Part shown: piece by piece, positions 12,461 through 24,273 of the stretch | Numbering within the stretch: the stretch's first letter is position 1 | Layout: each line of letters opens with the position of its first letter | From: Carcharhinus longimanus | Taxonomy: Eukaryota | Direction: 5' to 3' | DNA length: 64,000 bases | NCBI GenBank assembly: GCA_030264375.1 | Contig: JASCQW010000146.1 | Span: 26,345,544-26,409,543 of the forward strand | The notes under the pieces: model-generated | Database searches by the model: none | The model's input: only the letters and a program-made list of their open reading frames with translations | What the model was told of the DNA's origin: nothing | Position numbers and translations under genes: made by a program

Positions 12461-13094
12461 GGATGGTGAGCAAGGTGGTGATAAAGGGGCAAGTATTGCA
12501 CCTTCTTACTATATCCCCTTAGTTTTAACCCAAGTAATGCTTTACTATTGAGGATCATCTGCCTCTCCCTATGAACTTTGTTTCTTCTTTCTAATGCTAC
12601 ATCTTGCTTGCCATCCCCCTGTCAAATTAATGTAAACCCTTTCCCACAACACTGCTCCATAAGAACATTTGTCCTAGCCTTGTTGAAATGCAACCCATCT
12701 GGTTTGTATAGGTCATACCTTCACCAGAACTGGATCCCATGTCCCAGGAACATGCATCAAAATTTTGCAAGTCAATTAAATGAGCCAAATACTCTTCCTT
12801 ACCTTGTTGTTCTCTATGATGAAGCTGAGGTATACAGGTGGAACCATATATTTTAATGGCTGAACTCCGAAGTACATCGGAGCCTGTTTTGTTTCAGTTG
12901 AGCAATCTCAAGTAATCAACAGGTTTGATAGGCTAAAGAGACTGCAGCAATGCAAGGTTAATTACTCATGGTACTCAAGTCAGGTTCAGTTCACCGTGAA
13001 GTTTAGCACTGTCACATAGCTGCTTATTTTCTTTGAACAGTGAAGTCTGTAAAATGAAATGTGTCATTGTCACAATTTACTTGCCCATTTAATT

Positions 13095-14902
13095 AATCTG
13101 GTCACTAGCATTTATTCTGCCACATGCTGAAGATGTGATACTGTATATCGAGTAAGCTGAATATGGTGACAAACCTTTTTGGTTTGACCCCTGGGCTTAC
13201 TAGAGATTACCTACATGCTTTGCAACTGAAGTATGCTCCAGAAATTCTCCCTTGGGAACACGGGATCACTTACAGGTGCTGACTGAGACACTAAAAACTT
13301 TCCGAAGCAAAATTCTAAGCTCTAAGTGATTTTGGATTGGGAACAATTCTTCTCCACATCTACCTTCATGTGCGGTTCAGTTAGTTACTCGGGGATGTCA
13401 CCAATAGAAGAATGTTTTCTTACTCCTTTTTGGTATTTTTGTTAATAGCATTTTAAACACTGCAGTAGAAACCTGATCAACATGATGCATCAATGCATCT
13501 GATTCAGACTTGCTGCCGCATAGCATAGTGGAGTCTGAATCACTAAATGGTTTCAAGGAGGAGATAGAGATACATTTTTGATTTAAAAAATGGGTTAAAA
13601 GGGATATGGGAACAGGTTGGGGGGTAAATTTGAGCCACGATCTGATTGAATGGCAGAGCAGACTCGAAGGGCTGAATTGCCTACTTCTGCTCCCAATTCA
13701 TATGTTCTGTAAACTGGGAAGTTTACACTAGGATGAGCGAGATGATCATTTCGAGTCAAAAGCAGTATTCAGCTCAAATTGTCTGGAACTGAATCCCATC
13801 ACAAGTTAAGGTAAGCACCAAGTTCAATAGAAAATGTATCTCAAACAGGGAAATTCTCCGTGCCCTTGAATAATCAATACTGAGGCAAGAAAAGCAGTAC
13901 TTATTTTTTTTTAAGTTACTGAAAGCACATTTGTTTTTGAATACAAAAAATGAATGTTTGACTCATTGGTACAATTTCAGTTGAAGATTCACACAGCGAC
14001 ATGGTCAGACTAGATATCAATAGAATATAAATACGGCTGCTCATGTAGCCCCAGTGGTCAGTTCAAATGAACAAAAAGCAGCATAAAAAAGTGAGAGAAA
14101 GGCCCCGCTAGCAACTGCTGGTGTGGCCCACATAATAATCATCAGCTGCTATTAAAGTGTCCTTTATACTGCTTACAAGATAGCAATAGTCTTTTACAAC
14201 TTGAATGTGCACTNNNNNNNNNNNNNNNNNNNNNNNNNNNNNNNNNNNNNNNNNNNNNNNNNNNNNNNNNNNNNNNNNNNNNNNNNNNNNNNNNNNNNNN
14301 NNNNNNNNNNNNNCAATAGTCTTTTACAACTTGCATGTGCACTTTTTGTCATAATTATTTGCGTAACTTTCAGCAGGCAAAAATGAACAATCTTAAAAAT
14401 AAGTAAAACTGTACATCACTCCATTTTTTTTTCCCACTTTAAATACTCCGTGAGGTATCCGTGATTTCTAACAAACACTGCAGCATTTGTCTTGCTTACA
14501 CAGCAAGTCAAGTTTTCTTTTAAAGGGTTGTGTCCTAAATGCAAGTTTGTTTTTAAAAAAAAGCAGTAGTTCAAATATTCAATAGAACATGAACACGTTT
14601 AAATTTCCTTTCTTTTTAAAAGCATTCTCACTTCCCTCAGACACAGAGGTCATGGGAACAAAATATGGATGTTTTATCTACATAAATATTCACATGAAAA
14701 AACTTTTAACTTACAAAAACAAAAACAGATAAGATACAATGATAAGGCAGCATTAGACCACAATTAATCTTTTACAATGGTGACAACAGTACTTTTTTTT
14801 TGTAGAATATCATACATCTGGTGGCTTCTAAAACAGGGTGTGTAAGTGTGGGTGTGTGTCTGTGTGTGTGAAGTGACTATCTATTCCATAGTATCATTTA
14901 TA
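13095..14902 (-). other. MACF1: Probable MACF1 3' UTR (end uncertain)
   Basis: U-rich sequence after the stop; candidate signals TATAAA at 14163-14168 and AATAAA at 13111-13116 (minus strand). Confidence 0.55.
13525..13708 (+). mobile_element. CR1 3' end
   Basis: TTCAAGGAGGAGATAGA...GAATGGCAGAGCAGACTCGAAGGGCTGAATTGCCTACTTCTGCTCC tail shared with other CR1 copies here. Confidence 0.8.
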
Positions 14903-15150
14903 TTATCTTCTGGTGTTTGTATTTTTTGGGGTAGTTTTCTTTGAGGGTGTTGGGATCTTTGAAGGTTTTGTAGAACTCTTTCTTGAACTTGCTTGGGATC
15001 CTGCTGTGCTGGATTCAGAAATATCTGAACACATCGACTGTGTCTCCAAAAGGTCAAAATCAGACGCATCACTGCCTCGCCGACTATTTGCTCTGCTGCC
15101 AGCACGACTCCCAGCCCGACTCGTCGGCCTACTTGGTGTCCTTTTAGAAT
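14903..15150 (-). CDS. MACF1: MACF1 last coding exon: GSR repeats, [14 protein letters not shown]-binding motif, stop TAA
   Basis: [43 protein letters not shown]...[21 protein letters not shown]; CAG acceptor, phase 1. Confidence 0.95.
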
Positions 15151-15654
15151 CTGTAGAGGGAAGAAAGACAAAAGAACAAACAAGTTATTCATGGAAGATG
15201 TTACATTTAGTTGCTAGCACCATATCACTTAGATATGTTAGTCTTTCCCTGCACCCAAAGTAGTGTCCTTTACAGGACCTTCACCTTTGACCTAAGAACC
15301 GAGATTAAAAGCTGTTTTCTATTTCTCCCTCCCAATCCTCTTCTCCCCAACATGCTGTGGTACAATTTAACCAGACTACCTCTGGGCCCTGCCCAAGTAC
15401 CACACTTCAAGTGTGAGTTCATAGCTTGAAGATAGGACAACTGAACCCAATGCTGACTCAAGTATTTCCAGAAATCTATTTTAACTCAGGAAGGTGAAAG
15501 CCAATTCTTTACATGTAGTAACACAATAAATCAGCCATTTAATGCCAATGTCATTGCGCTTTTAAGAATTCTCATCTGCTATCATTTTAATTACATAATT
15601 TGTCTCAAACGTCAGAGATTTGATAGCAGTCCTATGTCACTTTCATAGCAACAT

Positions 15655-16040
15655 TTTTGATTTTGATTTATTGTCACATGTATTAGCATACAGTGAGAAG
15701 TTTCTTGTGCACTACACAGACAAAGCATATCATTCATAGAGAAGGAAACAAGACAGCACAGAATGCAGTGTTACAGTCATAGCTAGGGTGTAGAGAAAGA
15801 TCAACTTAATGCAAGGTAGGTCCATTCAAAAGTCTGACAGCAGCAGGGAAGAAGCTGTTGGTTGGTGAGTCAGTTGGTATGTGACCTCAGACTTTTGTAT
15901 CTTTTTCCCAAAAGAAGTGGAAGAGAATATCTGGGGTGTGTGGGGTTCTTAATTATGCTGGCTGCTTTGTGGAGGCAGCGGGAAGTGTAGACAGTCAATG
16001 GATTGGAGCCTGGTTTGCATGATGGGCTTCGTTCATGACT
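15655..16040 (-). mobile_element. Rex1/Babar-type LINE 3' end
   Basis: Reverse-complement similarity to 7400-7672, extending to the 3' tail (GTGACAATAAATCAAAATCAAAA). Confidence 0.8.
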
Positions 16041-16779
16041 TTGTCACATTCATTTTGTTGGATTTCGAACTACAGGCTGGTTTGATCTCTTCATGAAACT
16101 ATCTGGTGATTCTATACAACATCCCACACGAGCAAATACATGAATCAATTATCCCCTCACTGCTTTTAGGAATGAGCAACTAGTCCAGAAAAGAATGATT
16201 GCCGCACTAAATTGTGATCAAACATATTTGACTGTATATCAGCTAACTGCATTTCTCTTTTGTACAGAATTTTTCACAGCCAATTTTTCCCCTCCCTTCT
16301 TCCGCTTGTTCAGGTACAGTTCCACGGGAGCCAGGTGTCAAGTGGGTAGTATCTGTGTGTCGACTTTAATACTGATTATTGGAAGAGAATTTCATGAGGA
16401 CGCCTCAGTTGAGCTGGAATTGAAGGTAATTATCTTTTTACTGCTTTTAGGGTTAAGCAGCTATGTCACACACGTGACAGTCATATTACAACAATCACTA
16501 TGAAGAAACAAATTGAAGCATCCAATGAGTTATTCTTATTAATTTTTGACTAGTTTCATGAAAATATTGAACTTGAAATCCTGGGCAGTAAATATGACCC
16601 AATTCTGATGAGGAATGGGTGTTTGCAAAACCACCAACAAACAAGTGAGGAGAGAGAACAATGGGGGTGAGAAGCTTAGGTGTTTTAGAGGTGAGTATGG
16701 CTAAAACTTAAAAGTGACATCACTGGAACAAAATGGAAATAAGTTGTTTAGCAGCAGAAAGACGAAATGTTTGAAATAA

Positions 16780-18800
16780 AGGCATAATGCCTTTAAGCGC
16801 AGTAAAATGTCTTGCAGAAGTTGAATCAGGCACAAAATGGATCTAAGCAAAAGATGATGTTGGGGAGGATTTTGAAGTAGCTCTTAAAGGGAGAAATGGA
16901 GGAATTTCATGCAAGATTTAAACAGCTGAAGGATAGAGAAAATGGTGGGTGAAGAATCAGTTAAGGGGCAGATTTTAGGGTTTGAAACAGCTACAGAAGT
17001 AAGGCAAAATAACACCATGAAGGGATTTAAACACGAGAATGAAGATTTGAAAATTAAATTGTTGGGGAATGTGGAGGGCAGGAGTGACTAATGAATAGGA
17101 CTTAGTGTCATATAGGAAATGGGCACCAGAGTATTGGGTGAGCTGTAAATCAGTGAGTGGAGGATGGGACACTGTCCAAGGGAGCACTGGAATAGTAGAA
17201 TAAGCATTTATCTGCAGAAGAGTTGATTGTAGATGATGTTATAGATGAAAAGGATATTGAGCAGGAAGCCAATTGCACACAGAGATTGCTAACAATTGCT
17301 AACTTTGATTGATTGGAACTAATTCTGAGTTTACAGGACAAAAGCCTAAGTGAAATTATCAACATGAATTTGGAAGATGACAACACGCTCAAGGATTTGA
17401 GAACAAAGGGAAGTTGAAGGTGAAGTGGTTGTTCCCACAGATAGAGGGGAGCAGAGTGGATTTCTGAAGGAGGGGAGTGATGATGGCTGGTTTGAAAGCA
17501 AATCTGGCAGTCCCTGAGTACATTAGGTAGTTTGGCGAGCAGGAATTTAGCTGGTTGGCATTTTAGTGGAAATGGGATCAGAGACATTTATCAGCGATGT
17601 GGGGATGGAATCAGGATCATGTTATAGAGCTTATGAAAGAGGCTGAAGGAGCTGAAATAATATTGACAACTAGAAATGTGTGTTATCAGAGTACATGTCA
17701 AAGCTGATTTGGGTAATTTCATCAAGGAGTAATACATAGATGTGAAGGTAAGGATAGATTCTTTGGAGATTCTTGCGCTACAGAGGAAAATTAGTCAGAA
17801 CATCTCCAGCGCAGGTTATGATGGGACAGCCGAATGGAATCGGATAACGGTAGTCCAATTAGTTGGACAACAGAGGAGGGGTACTGGAGGAGGATGGTGA
17901 GATTGATGGACAAAAATTTCAGAGACAGAAGGGAGGAACAGGATGAATATTGCATGGTCACATTCACTGAGGATATCAATCACAACTTTCGACTGGAACT
18001 AATTCTGAGTTTGCAGGACAAAAGCCTAAATGAAATAATCATCATGAATTTAGAAGATGACAACATGCTCAAGCATTTGAGAACAAAGGGAAATTGGAGG
18101 GGAAGCGGTTGTTCTCAATGATTGAGGGAAGCAGAATAGGTTTCTGAAGGACAGGAGCTATGGTGGCCAGCTTGAAAGCGAACTTAGCAGTCCCTGAGTA
18201 CATCAGCTGGCTTGGCCGGCAGGCAAGGAATTTAGTTGGCCAATACTTTAGTGGAAATGTGATCAAGAGTTTGAGATGGTCTTATGAGTGAGATGCACCC
18301 AGAGGGCAGGAGTGCAGAAAAGTGAGAATCTTGATTAGAGGGAGCTTTGTGGCTTTATGTGCAAGATAAAGCAGCAACGACAACTGAACAGATGATCTCA
18401 AAGTAGTTCTTGGGTCCTCACACTTTTGTTGGAAATGAGGGTGGAAGGATTTAAGGTGTTAGTTGGTAGTGGAAAAGAGCAGTGATGGATTATCTTTGAT
18501 CTGTGGGACGACTTCTGGATTGTGGGTGATTTTGGCAGATGATAACAAATCTTAATTACATTTGCTGTGGTTCAGATTGATGACAAAACTACTTGCTCAA
18601 GTCTCCTCTCTGGACATGGAAGAGGGCTGGACCAGGGAGAATAGTAACAAGGATGAAATGTTTCACTGGGGACAAGAGCATCAAAGTGAAAGTGAACGAA
18701 CGGTTGAGTAGATCAATAGTGCATCATCTCATTCCATCGGATGCTGGAATGTAAATTGGTGAGGGGGAGTGGCAGGGAAGGAACAATCAAAGATTCTACT
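16780..18800 (-). mobile_element. Old L2-like LINE region with internal duplication
   Basis: Minus strand FQIFILVFKSLHG...PY (L2 C-terminal motif); purine-rich plus strand. Confidence 0.6.
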
Positions 18801-19338
18801 AGGAGCTTGTGGGGTAAATTTTAAGGGAATAATGAAAGAAAATAAAATACAAAGGGTGATGGACTACAAGAGAAATGTGTAAAAAGATTAAAAATCATAG
18901 GGACAGAGAACTGAAGATTTCAAATGCAAAGCAAACAAAATAAATAGAACTACAGATCTATGCTTTAATTGCTGATTTCCATATTTTGCAGTTTATAAGA
19001 ATAGTATTTCGCTAATAGTTTATCCCACGACACAAGTCATTATTCAAGTTATCTGCTGTTCAGTTCTGTGAGGTATATTCTCTTACAAAGTCATATGAAA
19101 TAGTAATATACACAAAATAATTACATGTACACATCAAAAAGAACTAATCCAAAATGCTTTAAAGTGTCAATATTTTGAAGGGGGAGGAAATCTCCGGAGT
19201 CTCAAGAAAAATCAATCTTGCACCTCAAGTCATTTCTAATTTTTCAAATCCATGACTGCCAAACGTACCAACTCAAATACATAGAGGAACACACTGTAAC
19301 CAACCCCATTAGCTTTCAACATTCTCTTCAGAACTCAC

Positions 19339-19447
19339 CAGTTTTGCTGGATTTGGTGGCAGGTGTGCTGCCGTTGTCTCCAGTGAGCGAAGCCTTACTG
19401 GAGTGGTAGCTTGGTCGTCTGAGTTTACTACCCTGTGCAGGTGTCAC
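19339..19447 (-). CDS. MACF1: MACF1 penultimate exon (VTPAQGSKLRRPSYHSSKASLTGDNGSTPATKSSKT)
   Basis: 109 nt, CAG/GTGAG, phase 0-1. Confidence 0.92.
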
Positions 19448-20103
19448 CTGGTTTAAAGTACAAAAAATTAAAAATGCCAAAAGCTGACTAAAGAACACCA
19501 AAAAATAAATAAAAATAGGTCACCACATCGTACATAACAATGTTATATTCATTTTCCAGTCAATTATAAATGGTATCAGGATGTTGGTAATAGGATTTAT
19601 TCGGAGGAATAAAACAAGGGACCTGAAGAAATTTTCAAATCTCTCTAAAATTGCTCATATAAAACTCTCTCAATCTTAAATGGAGTTGAAGGTTCTTTTT
19701 GTCTGAGCTCTTTGTGATGCTCAGTTTCACTGTTGGGACCGCAGGCTGAGGTTGGGAGGCTGATGGTTTCCCTGATCAAGTACCACACCACATGAACTTT
19801 TACCCTGAGCTATGAGACCTTACTGGCATGAACAAAGTAATAAAAATAAATTTTGAAAAATTTATACAAATTCAAATTAATTCAAAAGCTTACTCATTCA
19901 CCACGCAAATAGATCATAATCCAGAGAGAATATTAAATACACAAGAACACAACTCACACTCAAAACTAGAACTTTCAGCAGCGAACCTAATGCAAAGTCA
20001 AAGCCCGTTCCAAGCAGCAAATTTTGTGCTCTTTGTTGGGTCATTTTACACTGACTATCCCATCATATGATGGGATGTTTGAAGAAAATGTGAAGTGCCA
20101 ACT

Positions 20104-20425
20104 TGGCTTCTAAGTTAGAGAGTTATGGGTTCAAGCCCATTCCTCTGTTAGTTCAGAGATATAATCTAAGATGACTTCAGTGCAGTACTGAGGGAGTGTT
20201 GCACCGTTTGTTAGATTAGGTGTTCATCTGATGTTCTGCCCACTCAAGGATCCCAGGGAACCATTAAAAGAGCAGTGAGATCACTAACATTCTCTCCGTG
20301 TTTAACCCTCAACTGTCATCACCAAAATAGATTACCTAGTCATTTATCCATTATGGAATTTTGCTATGCACATAACAATATTAATGACATTTCAAGCTCT
20401 CTGGTCAGCACTTTGGGATGTTTTA
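20104..20425 (+). mobile_element. Deu-domain SINE, decayed
   Basis: GGGTTCAAGCCC B-box; CAGTGCAGTACTGAGGGAGTGTTGCAC; GATCCCAGGGAACCATT. Confidence 0.65.
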
Positions 20426-22187
20426 AGGACATAACAAAACCACCACATAAATATATAATCACACAGGTCACACACATGAAGGTAAAGTCATTTCTAAGTG
20501 CTACACAGATAATCAGCAGAAACAGACATAGCACAAAGTTCCCGCACACAAATTTATCCTGAAGAGCAATCACATTGAAATTTTACAGATTAACGAGAGC
20601 AGAGTTACAAAAGTTGCAGGTAAAGACACACTATTAATTGGGCTGATCAATTGCTAACTTTGTTAAAGTATAGACGAGGAATCTTTTGTATATCCTAAGT
20701 AGGTTTGGAAATGCCACAATTACTTCTGTTCCTCAATCTGATTGCTCTGCAATGTGAATTAGTGAAAATATTTCAAAAAAAAAATCAAGTCAGGTAAAGC
20801 CCCTGATCTACTGAGCTAATCTGAAGGTAAATATATGTTAATGGATGTGGAGCGTGACAAACAAACACGGTAGAAGCAGAGTCTGCTACAGAGCAATGGT
20901 TATAATGTCAGTGAACCTGTTCCCTATTAGAAGTTGGTGGCAGATTTTTAAAAAATGGAAAGATTTCAGAAAATTCCTTCACATTTAAAATTTCTGTAAT
21001 TCTATCAAGACAGGCAGTCATCTCCAACTCTGCTTTGGTAGTTCTATTTTCCATACACTCCAATTTTCCCCAGATTAGCCCATTCTTACCTAGGATTTGC
21101 AATTTCCTTCGGTTGTGAGGATTGAGCACTGCCAATGTTACCCCGTGACCAGTCAACAGGAAGTGTGTTTTACGAGGGTGAGATGGGGCATTTCCTTCTT
21201 TTGCACAAAGCTCAATCAAAACAAGACTCAAATGAATCACAGCATTAGGACTCTACTAGGGATATTCCTGTTAGCAAACCCCAAGTTCGCTGTCAGGAAG
21301 CCAACCATGTATATTTTAAGGTACCTGCTGCACCTCTATTACCAATAATCCATTGAGCATCTATTTTCCAATGCAAATAATCTTATTTATAATTAAAGAT
21401 TTTTAATTTAAATGGTAATGTAGTGGGAGTAACTGTGGAATAAAAAACTTACTTAGGTGATCAAGACTAATTAATGCCCACAAATGATAAAGAAATTAAA
21501 AATCATATACTGGGATGTTCAAATGTTAGCAGTGCAACTGGTGATCTCCACAAGCATTTAACAGCCACTATCTGATACACATTCTCCCTGCTTTATTCAT
21601 GAATGACGATAATTCTAAGGCATAGAGAGGGAGAGAAGTGACTATGGATGGGTGCAGTAAGAAGTATAATTTCCTTTCACATCCATATTTCTCCTAAATT
21701 ATATCTGGAAATGAGACTTTAGGGCTGGTTAACAACGCTTAATACTGAATGAGATAAAGTTTACACCAAAGAATAGTTATTTTCTTAACCAATTTCAGTT
21801 TTTGGTTTTATTGAACAATTACTAGTCAAAAGTGTGCAACTGTCTTTTCCCAGGAGTGTACTGTTTAATAGATATTTTCTACACATACTACTGTGATGCC
21901 TGGTTCTATTCAGTAAAAACATTATGCGGTATTTTTACTAATTCTAATATTTAGCACTAGAATTTAGAGAGAACCTATTTGCAGAAAGTGCGATACATTT
22001 TGACAATAATTAAGCATTAATTTTCAAATAAGTAATTATAATTGAGAATATGGATACACCCACTTGAAAGTAAACCACCGAACTGTATTTAATTGGTTTA
22101 ACTGGGGAACAAGTGCCACTCACTGACCACTGCTCTGTAAAATGTCAGCTGTCTCTTGTTATTAGCTCTCTATGTTTTATACTGTAC

Positions 22188-22298
22188 CTCAATGCTTGGG
22201 ATCTGGAACACATGGGAGTCTAGGCACTTAGTGGGAGTAGAGACTTTACTGTTTGTCAACCAAGGTTTGTCATAACAACGTGTGAAGGTCTGGGGTGT
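22188..22298 (-). CDS. MACF1: MACF1 cassette exon (TPQTFTRCYDKPWLTNSKVSTPTKCLDSHVFQIPSIE)
   Basis: 111 nt, CAG after a pyrimidine tract, GTACAG donor, phase 0-0; RCYDKPWL motif recalled from MACF1 isoforms. Confidence 0.88.
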
Positions 22299-22904
22299 CT
22301 GTGGGGTGGAGGGGAAGGTAGGAAGAAGGAGGAGCAGATTAAAAACAAAATGGACAATGGATGGTGAAAGAAAAAGGGTTTAAAGGATTGGTAAGAGGAA
22401 ACAGGAAGGATAGGGCAAATGTTAACAGAAAATTAACTTCAAACAATGAAATGGTAAAAAACGTAAATTATAAACGTAGGTAAAATGAAAACTATAACAT
22501 CTGAAAACACAAACTATAATGTGAACAGATTTCAAGGACAATGTGCACCCTTGTAAAACACTGAACAAGAAACTCTCTCTAAATATTAAAGAACAGATAT
22601 AAGGTAGTTCATCTGTTCAAAAAGATATTTACCGAAAGCTCCTGCCTCCTCTGCCCTTCAAATCAAAAATTAAATCCAACAGTTGCCAGAGTTTTGAGTC
22701 TCTGCATTAATTACACATTTGACCTAATTGGGCAAATTTGGTCTTGCGTTAAAGAAAGCAGAGTCTCAAATTTAATTTATCAAAACAAAACTTCAAAATG
22801 TTGTGGTCAAAAAGAAGTAGAAAATTGCACTGGAATAAATGGAGAGGGGAGGAATCCAGAATCCGGAACAAAGTATCCAGCTGCAGTTTGGGCTTGATTC
22901 TTGA

Positions 22905-23036
22905 TTAATAAGGGGATCAGGGGTTATGAGGAAAAGGCAGGAGAGTGGGGATGAGAAAAATAGCAGCCATTATTGAATAGCAGAGCAGACTCGGTGGGCC
23001 GAGCGGTCTAATGCTGTTCCTATGTTTTATGGTCTT
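22905..23036 (+). mobile_element. CR1 3' end
   Basis: GGGATCAGGGGTTATGAGGAAAAGGCAGGA...GAGCAGACTCGGTGGGCCGA tail. Confidence 0.8.
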
Positions 23037-23424
23037 ACAATTCTCACATCTCTAGTGGAATCTTACTATTCCAGACATTCATTCTTGTCCAGTGTAAGGG
23101 TGACATCATCATTAAAAAAATGAATACAACAGATAAAATGGCATGGGTTGAATATTGATGTGATAGACATGAGCTGCTCTTCTGAATAAGGAGCATTAGT
23201 ACTGGGCAACACTTTCAGTTGTTTCACAGAAGGACAAAGGGAAGATTTTGTTGTCCTGTGCAGATAGTGTTCTAATTTTCGTTGTTTCACGAAGTGGGCT
23301 ACTAACTATGATTTCTTAAATTGCAAGTGACAATAGATGACACCTAACAGATTTGTTTCTGGTTCCGATGTCTTACTTTGAAGCAATTTTGGATAAATAA
23401 GCAAATATTCCAACAATGCATCTT

Positions 23425-23438
23425 CTGCCATCTAGTGA
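23425..23438 (-). promoter_or_regulatory. CTCF-like motif
   Basis: TCACTAGATGGCAG versus consensus CCASYAGRKGGCR; motif match only. Confidence 0.3.
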
Positions 23439-24061
23439 TCAACCAACCGTTCACAATTTTAAAATGTCACCATTTATCATGAACTGACAATGAAAAACAG
23501 AGAAGTGAATTCACTAATAAAGATGTCAAGCGCCATCTTCACTTTTGACCGATTTCTTGCATATTTGCTCTTCTTCATATTCTCCATGAAGTTTTAACTT
23601 AAGACAGCTGGCAAGTCTGACATCCTGCTAGTTTTGATTCAGTGTTATAAAACCTTAGGGGATGTTCTAGTTACTAAATGAATAGCAACAGCATCATGTT
23701 ATTGAATTATATCTAAGTACACCACAAAGTACTGTAAAAAGCTTTCAGTTTTATGGTTTCTGTAAATAAAACTTTTCCTCCTCTTTGTGGATCTCATTAA
23801 AAGTTATTACATTTTTGTGTGAATATCATAGTACAATTTATAACCATCTCTAATGCTCCCATGACAATGTCTGCAGCGGTAGTGACTGTACTTAAATGAT
23901 ATCACATTCTTAGTTAAAAATGCGGCCAATATATAAATAATACATGGATATTAAAGGTTCATCCAATGGAAATTTTGGACAGCTGCCAGCTTTCCGATCT
24001 TTCCAAATGAAATTGAAGAGTTACTGTTAAAACACCACAGAAATACAAAACAAATGCTTAC

Positions 24062-24273
24062 TCTGCTTCCACTGGCTGGAGTTGCAGGTGATGATGGCAT
24101 GGAGGTGCAACTGTGGTTACTGTGGCTGGCACTGGAACTGGATCGGGTTGGAGATGCAGCCCTGGATGAAGGCTTTGATTTGCGTCCCTTCATCCTGAAG
24201 GCAGCCATACCCTGAGAGGCACCTTCTGGCAGAATAAACTTCTCTCGCAGTTCTAAGTTGGTTCTTCCTCTTG
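24062..24273 (-). CDS. MACF1: MACF1 exon ([26 protein letters not shown]...[12 protein letters not shown])
   Basis: 212 nt, TAG/GTAAGC, phase 1-0. Confidence 0.96.

Noticed and set aside
11270-12551. Active reverse-transcriptase gene
   Set aside because: 5'-truncated, frameshifted CR1 copy containing stops
14184-14343. 30-bp direct repeat flanking the N-gap (CAATAGTCTTTTACAACTTG[A/C]ATGTGCACT)
   Set aside because: Sits exactly at both gap edges; most likely unmerged contig overlap with a heterozygous base
14881-15263. ORFs 14881..15192 (-) and 14913..15263 (+)
   Set aside because: Alternative-frame and antisense shadows of the MACF1 last exon
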